From positions 104,201-168,200 of the forward strand of contig DAISWL010000001.1 in NCBI GenBank assembly GCA_036826375.1: DNA of 64,000 nt. The letters run 5' to 3'. Every line of letters starts with the position of its first letter. Within the stretch, counting starts at the first letter, position 1. Source of the DNA: Candidatus Saccharimonadota bacterium. Its GTDB lineage: Bacteria > Patescibacteriota > Saccharimonadia > Saccharimonadales > HK-STAS-PATE-42. Positions 1 to 8,959 of the stretch are shown in pieces. The notes under the pieces were generated by a model, which was not told where the DNA came from, did not search any database, and saw nothing but the letters and a program-made list of their open reading frames with translations. Both the position numbers and the translations under genes were made by a program.

Positions 1-681
1 GCCCCTGCCAACGCCTAAGAGAGATTCTGCAGCCTTGGCTATGTCGTCTTCATATTTTAATGCCGTAGCTATTATTTCTGGGCGTCTATCTATGGCTCCG
101 CAGCCGTGTAGATCATCGCCGTGGTCATCGTTATGAATACCCATAACCCAGCCCATGTTATTCATAATACTAACAACGTGTCTATCCATCTCTTTAAAAT
201 TATTAGCATTAGAGCCACTATAGCTGGATACTGCGAGAATTGAATAAAGAGTAGCTAAATCTCCGCCAAACAACTTAGGCCTTAGTTTTGATTGACTGGC
301 TTCCAGTTGATGTTCTTCTCCATCGAATTTAGTTTTGATCTTGGCCCAGATGGATTTAACCGGCCTGCCATCACCACAGCCAGAATCGTATACCTCAACT
401 GTTTTATAGTAATCTTGTTTTAGTATTTCTTGAGCTGCGTCATCGAGAATCTTCTCATCAATTCCGTTTTTACCACTCTCACCTGATATTGACCCCCCCC
501 CGAAGCCCAAACCGTTCGGCGCTATTTCGTCGACAACTATATCCCCTACCACTTCTCCTCCTTTTTTATTATCTAATATATCGGAAAGCCTGAGAGCTAA
601 TTTACCTAAAACCCTTAATAATCGTGAGGGTGCACTTCTAACAACTTCTGGCAATGACGGTTCGGCTTCTTCTTTTTCCAT
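1..681 (-). CDS. hypothetical protein, first 227 codons (gene runs off left edge)
   Basis: The minus-strand frame is open from ATG 681..679 to the window edge. It is absent from the supplied track because it has no stop in the window. My translation is MEKEEAEPSLPEVV...DSGCGDGRPVKS...GIHNDDHGDDLHGCGAIDRRPE. It has Cys/His/Asp-rich motifs but I do not recognise a family. It contains a C9/G9 run at 493-501 that encodes GGG. Confidence 0.45.
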   Translation of the reverse strand, partial: MEKEEAEPSLPEVVRSAPSRLLRVLGKLALRLSDILDNKKGGEVVGDIVVDEIAPNGLGFGGGSISGESGKNGIDEKILDDAAQEILKQDYYKTVEVYDSGCGDGRPVKSIWAKIKTKFDGEEHQLEASQSKLRPKLFGGDLATLYSILAVSSYSGSNANNFKEMDRHVVSIMNNMGWVMGIHNDDHGDDLHGCGAIDRRPEIIATALKYEDDIAKAAESLLGVGRG

Positions 682-746
682 GAAAATTATTATAACACAA
701 TTATTTAATAATTGCCAGCATTAGCAATACGCCCAGTTAAGTTTAA

Positions 747-3425
747 TTACCTTTTTTTACGGTTTTGACGCTCTTTTTTGCGAGATTTAGATTTAGCCTT
801 TTTGGCTTTTCCTGCTGCACGGTGAGCTTCCCCGCCGCTGTCGCTGCTCATTTTAACTTTAATTGGTCCTTCAAAATCTTCGGCGGATGATGCAACCCCA
901 GTAGTAATATCTTCAGCATTATCAACTGAGGCTTTGGCGGCCTTGGTTAATTCGGTTTCAATTACATTATCAACATCGCTTAAGTTGGCATGGAAAATTG
1001 GTTTCAGAACCTGGCGACGCAGTTCAATCTGCATAGCATCGAATAATTTTTGACCTTCAAAACGATATTCAACTAAAGGATCTTTCTGACCTATTGAGCG
1101 CCAACCAATTCCTTCACGCATATGATGCATACTCTCAAGATGCTCCATCCAGAGTACATCTAGAGCTTGTAGGTATACATCTCGCTGCAAAATATTTAGC
1201 TTATCTTCACCAAGAGCTTCTTTTTTATCTAAATAGGCCTTAGTAGCAATTTTGGATAACTCCTCGCTAAACTTAAGCAGCATCTTAGCTTGTTTTTTAG
1301 ATCCAGATCTTGGTAACTTATCTTTTTTGCTGTAACTCTTGATGACCCCGACTAGAGCATCTTTTTCTAGTTTGGTGAAATTAAACTGCTCTATTAATTT
1401 ATCAATTACATCTCCGGGTTTAGCGCCATCTTTCATTTCAGAAACAAGATCTTTAGCCTCTAAATCAATTAAGTTTAATATCTTATCTGATATATCCTCC
1501 CCATCTAAGGCCTTTCTACGATTAACATAAGTAAACTTACGGTGCCTATTCATTACATCATCATATTGAACCACATTCTTACGAGTATCAAAGTTAAATC
1601 CTTCAACCTTACCTTGTGCGGATTCTAACGATTTCGAAACCGAACGATGAGTAATTGCAGTATCTTCTTCAACTCCAAGCCGATTCATTAGGCCAGCTAA
1701 ACGCTCTCCTCCAAAGATACGCATTAAGTCATCTTCAGTTGAAACATAAAACTGAGTTATACCAGGATCACCCTGACGGCCAGAACGACCTCTAAGCTGA
1801 TTATCTATTCTGCGAGCTTCGTGCCTTTCGGAGCCGATAACCACTAAACCACCCTTATCTTTAACTTTCTGATCAAGCACAATATCTGTTCCACGCCCAG
1901 CAATGTTAGTAGCAAGAGTAACCGCCCCCGGCTGACCAGCCTTCGAAACGATCGTGGCTTCTGTTTCATTATTTTTAGCGTTAAGCACCTGATGAGGAAC
2001 TTTCGCCTCTGTTAGCAATGAGCTTAAAAGTTCATTTTTCTGGATCGATACCGTACCTATCAACACAGCTCGACCTTCTTTGTGATGCTCTCGGACATCC
2101 TCAATTAAGGATTTAAACTTACCGGATTCTGTCGAGAAAATCTTATCTGGTAAATCTTTACGAGCCAGCTCTCTGTTGGTTGGAATAACTATAACCTCAA
2201 TATCGTAAATTTGGTTAAATTCTTCTTCTTCTGTTTTGGCAGTTCCTGTCATCCCGGAAAGCTTTTTATATAAACGGAAATAGTTTTGGAAAGATATTGT
2301 GGCCAGAGTCATACTCTCCTCAAGCACATCAACACCCTCTTTAGCCTCAATGGCTTGGTGCAAACCTTCGTTATAACGCCTACCGTGCATTAAGCGACCG
2401 GTGAATTCATCTACAATTATTACTTCGCCGTCTTTATTAACTACGTAATCTCTATCGCGTTTAAATAAAGTTTCAGCTTTAAGCGCTTGTTCTAGGTGAT
2501 AAATTAAGCGGACATTATTAGGATCATAAAGATTTTCGACATTTAAAGTTTTCTCAATTTTTTCAATACCTTTTTGAGTAAGTACCACTGAACGGCGTTT
2601 TTCATCAAGATCATAATCTTCAGGGCTTAAATCTTTCATTATATCTGCAAATAAACGATAGCCAGATTCGCTCTCGCTAGCTGGAGCAGAAATAATAAGA
2701 GGAGTTCTAGCTTCATCAATTAAAATTGAATCTACTTCATCAACAATGGCGAAGTGAAGATCACGTTGCCTAAGCTGTTCTTTATCGCTGACCATATTAT
2801 CGCGTAAATAATCAAACCCAAATTCGTTGTTAGTTCCGTAAGTTATATCGGCCGCGTAAGCCTCCTTACGGCTAACTGGCATTAAATGATTAAAGCGTGG
2901 ATCATCATGATTATCATCGTTGAATTCTGGATTATAAATAAAACTCTGATCAGCAATGATAACACCCGTGCTTAAGCCTAAGCGATGATAAACCTCTGCC
3001 ATCCAACCTGCATCACGCTGAGCAAGATAATCGTTCACCGTTACCACATGAACGCCCTTACCCTCTAAAGCATTAAGGTAAACTGGCGCGGTAGCAACTA
3101 GAGTTTTTCCTTCACCGGTTTTCATCTCGGCTACATTGCCGTCATTAAGAGCCATTCCACCTATCAATTGAACATCGAAGTGACGCTGGCCTAAAACTCT
3201 TTTTGCAGTCTCTCGTGCAACTGCAAAGGCTTCTGGCAAAACGGCATCTAGCTTCTCGCCTTTTTTAAGACGTTTTTTAAATTCTTCAGTTTTCTTAGTT
3301 AAGTCCTCGTCATTAAGCTTAGATATTTGCGGCTCTAAATCATTAATTTTTTGAACCGTCTTCTTATATCTTTTTAAAATTGCATCTTGAGGATCACCCA
3401 ATACTTTAGATAAAATCTTTTTCAT
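747..3425 (-). CDS. secA: preprotein translocase ATPase SecA
   Basis: 892-aa ORF with SecA motor motifs MKTGEGKTLVATAP (Walker A), DEVDSILIDEARTPLIIS and LATNIAGRGTDI, followed by a helical scaffold and a basic C-terminal tail. Confidence 0.97.
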   Translation of the reverse strand: MKKILSKVLGDPQDAILKRYKKTVQKINDLEPQISKLNDEDLTKKTEEFKKRLKKGEKLDAVLPEAFAVARETAKRVLGQRHFDVQLIGGMALNDGNVAEMKTGEGKTLVATAPVYLNALEGKGVHVVTVNDYLAQRDAGWMAEVYHRLGLSTGVIIADQSFIYNPEFNDDNHDDPRFNHLMPVSRKEAYAADITYGTNNEFGFDYLRDNMVSDKEQLRQRDLHFAIVDEVDSILIDEARTPLIISAPASESESGYRLFADIMKDLSPEDYDLDEKRRSVVLTQKGIEKIEKTLNVENLYDPNNVRLIYHLEQALKAETLFKRDRDYVVNKDGEVIIVDEFTGRLMHGRRYNEGLHQAIEAKEGVDVLEESMTLATISFQNYFRLYKKLSGMTGTAKTEEEEFNQIYDIEVIVIPTNRELARKDLPDKIFSTESGKFKSLIEDVREHHKEGRAVLIGTVSIQKNELLSSLLTEAKVPHQVLNAKNNETEATIVSKAGQPGAVTLATNIAGRGTDIVLDQKVKDKGGLVVIGSERHEARRIDNQLRGRSGRQGDPGITQFYVSTEDDLMRIFGGERLAGLMNRLGVEEDTAITHRSVSKSLESAQGKVEGFNFDTRKNVVQYDDVMNRHRKFTYVNRRKALDGEDISDKILNLIDLEAKDLVSEMKDGAKPGDVIDKLIEQFNFTKLEKDALVGVIKSYSKKDKLPRSGSKKQAKMLLKFSEELSKIATKAYLDKKEALGEDKLNILQRDVYLQALDVLWMEHLESMHHMREGIGWRSIGQKDPLVEYRFEGQKLFDAMQIELRRQVLKPIFHANLSDVDNVIETELTKAAKASVDNAEDITTGVASSAEDFEGPIKVKMSSDSGGEAHRAAGKAKKAKSKSRKKERQNRKKR

Positions 3426-3537
3426 AACTCCTGTTTCTACCCCTTCTTCACACCCAATTAAATTGAAAATTAACTAAGCTTAATTTTAACACAGAATATG
3501 AATCAAACCCAACCTCCTAAATCCTAGAGCATAATGC

Positions 3538-3704
3538 TATAGCCCCCACAAAACAAATACGGGTCTTTTTGGATGATAGATCGGAGTGATGAAATAGTTT
3601 GTTATTTGAGTGAAACGTATCCGTAGATACATTGAATGAGAAAACAACTATTTCAGCCTGTGAGGTGCAGCTAAAAAGGCGGGTTTTGTTTTGCGGGGGC
3701 TATA
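3538..3704. repeat. 167-bp hairpin element with about 20-bp terminal inverted repeats, copy 1 (MITE-like or structured RNA)
   Basis: The termini are TATAGCCCCCACAAAACAAA ... TTTGTTTTGCGGGGGCTATA, and the internal arms are imperfectly complementary around CGTA. A second copy, about nine-tenths identical, lies at 37462-37629. Confidence 0.75.
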
Positions 3705-3718
3705 ACCTTGCTTTAAGT

Positions 3719-4510
3719 TTAATTATTGAGTTTTTCCGCCTGCAACCAATAACTCTCAAACATCTGACGCATTGTATCTGCATAAGCTTTGTTAATGGTT
3801 TCTAGCCCTACTTTTTGATCATCCCGCCAGTGGTAAACCGCAACCGTATCGTTATAAATAATAATTTGTTGATCTATATTTAAGATATCCTCGCCTATAT
3901 ATCTTCTTTCAAAATTAGTATAGAAATCTGAGTTTTTAGTAAAATCAGCTGGCTTTTTACCATGATTATTAATCTCTCTAATTTTATAGTTTGCATCTAC
4001 CGTTTTGGCCCGATGCTTTTCTGACCAGTTTTTATTCCCGGTTAAATCTTCAATTGTTCCTGAGCCAAAAACTAGGAGTTCCCCTTTTGTTTTTAGTTCG
4101 TTCCATAGCATCTGTTTGAAACCGCTGACGCCCTCGTAAGTATTAACTACAAATTTCAAGCTAGAATCTTCTTTATTAAATAACTTATTAAGCTTAGGCA
4201 AACTCATTTCTAGAGCTGTTTTTTTGGCATCTAGTTTAGATTCTTCTGTTTTGATTTGAACCTCTAAGTTTTTAGGGCTGGCTGGCAGAATTTTTTTACC
4301 TTCATCACTAATATTAACTGTTACTAAGCTTAATTTTTCAAGGTCATCAATAATTCTATAGATTTTTGTCCGGTTGATGCCTGTTTTTCTGGAGATATCT
4401 AAATGACTACTAGCCCCACTTTCTAATAAATAGATGTAAACTTTAGCCTGATCACCGCTAAGCCCTAATTTATTTAAGCTTAGCAAAATTCCGTTTTTGT
4501 TGTCCATCAT
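3719..4510 (-). CDS. TrmB-family winged-helix transcriptional regulator
   Basis: ORF 3719..4591. The HTH LGLSGDQAKVYIYLLESGASSHLDISRKTGINRTKIYRIIDDLEKLSLV is typical of TrmB-like regulators. I placed the start at Met28 (4510), but it is uncertain and could be as far upstream as 4591. Confidence 0.75.
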   Translation of the reverse strand: MMDNKNGILLSLNKLGLSGDQAKVYIYLLESGASSHLDISRKTGINRTKIYRIIDDLEKLSLVTVNISDEGKKILPASPKNLEVQIKTEESKLDAKKTALEMSLPKLNKLFNKEDSSLKFVVNTYEGVSGFKQMLWNELKTKGELLVFGSGTIEDLTGNKNWSEKHRAKTVDANYKIREINNHGKKPADFTKNSDFYTNFERRYIGEDILNIDQQIIIYNDTVAVYHWRDDQKVGLETINKAYADTMRQMFESYWLQAEKLNN

Positions 4511-4585
4511 AGTGAACAGTTTAGCATAACCTGCGCTATGATGCATAATAGTTATTATTAGATAATCTAAACAAAAGGAGTTTTT

Positions 4586-5476
4586 GTGCAAATTAAAGAA
4601 TCTTATAAAGGAACTCTCTCTCTCTTAACTGGCGCATTTTTATATGCTAGTTTTGGCGTATTTATAAGAGAAATGAACAAAATGTTTGGCGTATACGCCC
4701 AGGTAACTGCGAGGTACCTGATAGTTGTAGTAGCAGCCCTCATTCTTACCATAACATATAAGATAAGCTTAAAGATTGATAAAAAGGACTTGCTAAAAGT
4801 CATTATTTTTTCGGCTATGTTCCCAATTAGTGTGATACTATTTACTGTCTCTGCAATAAACACCAAAATATCTATAAGCGTATTTTTACTATACGGAGTA
4901 GGCTTAATTTTTTCAGTGATTCTTGGCAAAATTTTATTTAAAGAGAAGATTAATAAGCAAAAATCAGTCTCCGTCATTATTTCGTTATTAGGATTATTAG
5001 TATTCAGTGGCCTATTAAATAATAGTTTCTCATTGGGTCTAGGTATGGTTACTGGTTTTTTCGCAGGGGTATTTGATTCGCTTGCCAATGCATCTCGTAA
5101 GCTAGTCAAGGGTATTTCTTGGCAGAAACTATTATTCTGGCAATTTAGCTTCGGGTCACTTATATCTCTCGCTATATCATTTATTAGTGGCGAGCAGTTC
5201 ATAAAACAAGTTAGAATCTCTTCAATTGTGGTAACCATTATATTTGGTTTGTGCTTAACTCTTCTAAGCAGATTACTTTTGTACGGTTTCTCTAAGGTCG
5301 ATATCAACATAGCTACGCCCATTTTAGCTATGGAGCTTGTTTTCTCTGTAATTCTTGGATATTTATTTCTAAAGGAATCACCAGAAATTTATCAAATTTT
5401 AGGCGGATTATTTATAATCGCTGCTACCGTAATTGCATCTTTAGATTTAACAAGATTTAAAAAAATAAGAACCTAA
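4586..5476 (+). CDS. EamA/DMT-superfamily transporter
   Basis: GTG start, about 10 hydrophobic helices arranged as two EamA-like halves, 296 aa. Confidence 0.75.
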   Translation: MQIKESYKGTLSLLTGAFLYASFGVFIREMNKMFGVYAQVTARYLIVVVAALILTITYKISLKIDKKDLLKVIIFSAMFPISVILFTVSAINTKISISVFLLYGVGLIFSVILGKILFKEKINKQKSVSVIISLLGLLVFSGLLNNSFSLGLGMVTGFFAGVFDSLANASRKLVKGISWQKLLFWQFSFGSLISLAISFISGEQFIKQVRISSIVVTIIFGLCLTLLSRLLLYGFSKVDINIATPILAMELVFSVILGYLFLKESPEIYQILGGLFIIAATVIASLDLTRFKKIRT

Positions 5477-5494
5477 GCTTAAACCACAGAAGTA

Positions 5495-5553
5495 CAACTG
5501 GCGTTAATACATGTATTAACGCCAGTTGACTTGCTATAATACATGTATTATAG
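5495..5553. promoter_or_regulatory. two perfect palindromes sharing the core TAATACATGTATTA (candidate operators)
   Basis: 5495-5528 is CAACTGGCGTTAATACATGTATTAACGCCAGTTG (34-bp perfect palindrome) and 5534-5553 is CTATAATACATGTATTATAG (20-bp perfect palindrome). Their centres are 32 bp apart, directly upstream of the ATPase gene starting at 5561. Confidence 0.55.
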
Positions 5554-5560
5554 TTAATTT

Positions 5561-6676
5561 ATGATTAAACGATACCTACAGCCAATCGTAGAAGAATCCC
5601 TAAAACAAGGCTTAATCTCAGTTATTTACGGGGCCCGGCAAACCGGAAAAACAACCCTATCCCTAGAAATAGCCAAAAAATACCCCGGCTTTATCTATTT
5701 AAACTGCGATGAACCAGATGTAAGACTAAGCTTAACCAACCAAAATTCCGTAAATCTAAAAAGATTAATCGGTGATACCAGCCTTGTAATCATAGATGAG
5801 GCGCAAAGAGTTGAAAATATCGGCCTAACCGCTAAACTAATTTATGATGGCAAGTTAACCCAAAATTTAATACTAACCGGTAGTTCCAGCATCGATTTAG
5901 CCAATAAAGTAAAAGAGCCCCTAACTGGTAGAGCATCCGAGCACATCCTCTACCCCCTAAGTTTAAAAGAACTAACCACCAATAACTCCCAAATGTTTTC
6001 TAAGCTTAATGATTATCTAATTCATGGCGGTTATCCGGCTATTCAACAACTTAGTTCAAATGATGCAATAACCAGGCTTAAAACATTGGCTGGCCAATAT
6101 ATTTATAAAGATGTTTTTAACTTTAATACTAAACTTAATGAAGATTTAGTTAGCAGATTACTGCAGTTATTAGCCCTGCAGATTGGTAGTGAAGTATCTT
6201 ATGCCAACTTAGCTAATAAACTAGATGTATCCAAAGGAACTGTAGAAAGATATATCGATTTACTGGAAAAGGCCTTCATAATTTACCGATTCGCTCAGTT
6301 TAGGAAGAACCAACGTAACGAAATTGGGCGCCTTAGGAAAGTTTATTTTTATGATTTGGGTATCAGAAATGCCCTGGTTGATAATTTCAAACAGTTAGAA
6401 CTTAGGGATGATTCAGGTGCCCTGTGGGAAAACTTTATAATTAATGAACGCCGGAAGATGCATCAAAAAAATCTTTCAATTGTTAAGCAAATGTATTGGA
6501 GATCTCGCAGCAAGCAAGAAATAGATTTAGTTGAAGTTAGTAATCAAAATATATCAGCTTTTGAACTTAAGTTTAGTACTACTAAGATATTAAAGATTCC
6601 ATCTGAGTTCAAAACAAGTTATAATATAAACAACTTAGAGATTATAAACAATAAAAATTTTGTAGATTATATATAA
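5561..6676 (+). CDS. AAA+ ATPase, COG1373/DUF4143-type
   Basis: Walker A GARQTGKTTL and Walker B LVIIDEAQ. The C-terminal half resembles the DUF4143 region of this ATPase family. Confidence 0.7.
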   Translation: MIKRYLQPIVEESLKQGLISVIYGARQTGKTTLSLEIAKKYPGFIYLNCDEPDVRLSLTNQNSVNLKRLIGDTSLVIIDEAQRVENIGLTAKLIYDGKLTQNLILTGSSSIDLANKVKEPLTGRASEHILYPLSLKELTTNNSQMFSKLNDYLIHGGYPAIQQLSSNDAITRLKTLAGQYIYKDVFNFNTKLNEDLVSRLLQLLALQIGSEVSYANLANKLDVSKGTVERYIDLLEKAFIIYRFAQFRKNQRNEIGRLRKVYFYDLGIRNALVDNFKQLELRDDSGALWENFIINERRKMHQKNLSIVKQMYWRSRSKQEIDLVEVSNQNISAFELKFSTTKILKIPSEFKTSYNINNLEIINNKNFVDYI

Positions 6677-6684
6677 TTAACACC

Positions 6685-7512
6685 GTGCCAATTAAACTTA
6701 ATCCAAAAATAAAAAATCTTATTCCCCTGCCTCTAACGTTTGTTGTATTCTTAAGTTTAATATTTTTATTGTATCTAGAGATTTTAGGCTTAAACTTAAT
6801 TACAAATCAAGATATTTCTACCGCCATCCACTGGCAAGATGTTTTGATCGGCTTAACCATCTATTTAAAAACATCAGTGGATTTCGCCATCTTTATTGGC
6901 AACCTGATGCACAAAAACCCCGGGCTGAAAGGCAGAATCGGGATAGAGATTGGCACCGCTCTGGGCAACGCCCTGGGAACTATGATCATCTTAATAATTT
7001 GGACCTTTTTCAAAGAGGTAACCTGGCTTTTGGCTTTAATGATTACTTTAGCGGCGTTAGTTCTTTTCAAAATGGCTGAAGATAGCCTAGAGCACGCTGA
7101 TATTGGCGCCCACAAAATTAAACTTGTTCACTTGTTCCATCGCAGTTTAGTTAAGTTTAATTCAATTGTTGAGCCTTTCTTGAGCAAGATAATTCCCTCG
7201 CACAGTATTAAACCTAGGGCATCAAAGAGTTTTATAGGCCTACTGTTGGCATCTTTTTCGGTGCCATTCATTTTAGGCTTGGATGATTTCGCTGGATACG
7301 TTCCCCTATTTAACGTGGTTAATGTTTTAGGATTCAGCATCGGCGTATTACTTGGACACATGATTTTAAATATTCTACTGTTCATATCACCAGCCAGAAC
7401 CATCAAATTTGTTAAAAATAGATTTGTATCGCTGATTGGCGCAATCGCCTTTATTCTACTTGGCGTTTGGGGCATTTACGAGGCTGTTAAGCTTATACTT
7501 AATTTGCATTAA
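6685..7512 (+). CDS. integral membrane protein, unknown function
   Basis: GTG start 8 nt after the preceding stop and about 7 hydrophobic helices. I do not recognise a family. Confidence 0.6.
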   Translation: MPIKLNPKIKNLIPLPLTFVVFLSLIFLLYLEILGLNLITNQDISTAIHWQDVLIGLTIYLKTSVDFAIFIGNLMHKNPGLKGRIGIEIGTALGNALGTMIILIIWTFFKEVTWLLALMITLAALVLFKMAEDSLEHADIGAHKIKLVHLFHRSLVKFNSIVEPFLSKIIPSHSIKPRASKSFIGLLLASFSVPFILGLDDFAGYVPLFNVVNVLGFSIGVLLGHMILNILLFISPARTIKFVKNRFVSLIGAIAFILLGVWGIYEAVKLILNLH

Positions 7513-7552
7513 TGAATTAAACTTAAGCCTCAAATTTGTTGACGTTAGTTTA

Positions 7553-7688
7553 GCCTCACCCTGGGGCAAGCCCCTGTCCCTCTCCTAGAAGAGAGGGAGG
7601 TCGGTGGTTAGTCGTAGATTTGATGAGTTTTTCTACTAAGCCCGAGGTTTGAAATGAAAGCGGTTCCCCTCCCTTTCAGGGGTGGGGC
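7553..7688. repeat. GC-rich intergenic repeat element (same family as the insert in tgt)
   Basis: A GC-rich block in AT-rich surroundings with hairpins CCCTCTCCTAGAAGAGAGGG and CCCCTCCCTTTCAGGGGTGGGG. Segment 7563-7610 matches the reverse complement of 42964-43006 at about 33 of 38 aligned positions. Confidence 0.7.
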
Positions 7689-8015
7689 TAGTCTAATCCT
7701 AATTCTTAATTCTAAAGTTAAATATTAAGTTTAAAAAGCAAAAAACCGGTCTTTTATTGTATCTCTGATTGGCAAATCCACCCTAATCAATTAAATAATT
7801 GGCGCTTGCTTCTCGTTGAAAAAAAGTATCCGGTTTTTTGTGACTGACCGCCTAGATCTTCTTTAGGAAGATGAAGGCGATTTATTTTTTGATGTTTTTT
7901 GTTTTGGTCCTTTCGCTTTTCTGACCTTACATAAATACTAGCATAAGCGAGATGTAATGTCAACACTTTTTCCAAAAAATAAAAAATCTCCCTTAAGTTT
8001 AAGCGGAGATTTAAG

Positions 8016-8092
8016 TGGTGGAGCATAGCGGATTCGAACCGCTCACCTCTTCGCTGCCAGCGAAGCGCTCTAGCCAAATGAGCTAATGCCCC
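8016..8092 (-). tRNA. tRNA-Ala (anticodon GGC), CCA encoded
   Basis: I folded the cloverleaf by hand: acceptor GGGGCAT/ATGCTCC with the G3:U70 Ala identity pair, D arm GCTC-ATTTGGCTA-GAGC, anticodon arm CTTCG-CTGGCAG-CGAAG, T arm AGCGG-TTCGAAT-CCGCT, then ACCA. Confidence 0.93.
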
Positions 8093-8182
8093 ATCTTAGA
8101 AAATTGATAATTCATAATTTACCATTGGGCAATTTATAAATTACTCAACCTTCATTTAAAATATTTTAACACAAAAACAATA

Positions 8183-8524
8183 CTAAGAGCTAAACACCAT
8201 TAAATATGTTAGCCCTAAGCTCATGAACATAAATATAACGGCTATCCCAACCGTATAGGGCCTTATCTTCTTGAGAGTAGTTATTCTAGCATATACAAAC
8301 TTAATAAAGGCCCAGTAGAATAGCAAAGTAGAAATCGGTACTAAACTGAGCCAATAATAGCTACCCTCGTAAATATACGATGCTTTTCCTTGAATATCTA
8401 TGATACCAAGAATGCTAGATTGATTAGCTATATGGGTGTAAACCAGACCCATTTCGGTTATGGATACGATCAGAGAGGCCGCCCAGCCCCAGTTTCTAAC
8501 ATCTTTAAGTTTAGATATAAACAT
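8183..8524 (-). CDS. small membrane protein, hypothetical
   Basis: 113-aa ORF with 3-4 hydrophobic helices. I do not recognise a family. Confidence 0.5.
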   Translation of the reverse strand: MFISKLKDVRNWGWAASLIVSITEMGLVYTHIANQSSILGIIDIQGKASYIYEGSYYWLSLVPISTLLFYWAFIKFVYARITTLKKIRPYTVGIAVIFMFMSLGLTYLMVFSS

Positions 8525-8536
8525 AGCTTTAAATAT

Positions 8537-8914
8537 TTATCTGCCCAGTAGCTTCCTAAGTTTTTTAATGCCCCTACTGGCGATACTAGTAGTGTGTTCA
8601 TCTTTATAGCGAACTAGTTGGCTCTTAAGTTTAGATTCTAAGATGTCAACGGCCGCAAACATGTTAATTGTAGAATCTTTAGCGGTGATTTGTTTTTCCG
8701 GCAAATGGAAGATGCCCTCCGCCTCAAATTTATTAGTTTTTTCTTGAGTATTCTCTCTTAAGTTCACATCTATGCTTAAAGATTCTTTCGCTGAACGCGG
8801 TATATAGCGAACCAGTTTCATCATCTTCTTATTTATGTAAGCTCTTAAATTATCACTGATTTCAAAGTGTTTAGTGGTAATGTTGATTCTATCTTTCAAA
8901 GTTCCCCCTTCCAA
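8537..8914 (-). CDS. hpf: ribosome hibernation promoting factor / RaiA family
   Basis: INITTKHFEISDNLRAYINKKMMKL ... MFAAVDILESKLKSQLVRYKD follows the HPF/YfiA (sigma-54 modulation protein) pattern. Confidence 0.8.
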   Translation of the reverse strand: MEGGTLKDRINITTKHFEISDNLRAYINKKMMKLVRYIPRSAKESLSIDVNLRENTQEKTNKFEAEGIFHLPEKQITAKDSTINMFAAVDILESKLKSQLVRYKDEHTTSIASRGIKKLRKLLGR

Positions 8915-8959
8915 TTTAAGCTCTGTTAATTATAACACCAAAACCAGGTTCAAGAAAAA

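Noticed and set aside
1-681. Beta-carbonic-anhydrase-like motifs (CGDGR resembling CxDxR; LHGCGA resembling HxxCG) in the partial ORF.
   Set aside because: The second motif has H-x-C spacing where beta-carbonic anhydrase has H-x-x-C, and the surrounding sequence does not resemble beta-CA as I recall it. I left it as hypothetical.
4603-5322. 239-aa ORF antisense to the EamA transporter, along with many similar shadow ORFs in the track (e.g. 1339..1530, 6861..7115, 7128..7475, 10536..10907, 15812..16102, 17476..17817, 22961..23284, 27413..27784, 36820..37101, 42907..43251, 47725..48060, 48634..48966, 58119..58571, 61624..61827).
   Set aside because: Each lies fully inside a gene on the opposite strand that has clear family motifs. 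Their sequences are low-complexity mirror images with no recognisable domains or start signals.
7787-8077. 96-aa ORF overlapping tRNA-Ala.
   Set aside because: Its 5' part is the reverse reading of the tRNA gene, and the rest is AT-rich spacer. The tRNA cloverleaf is far better supported.
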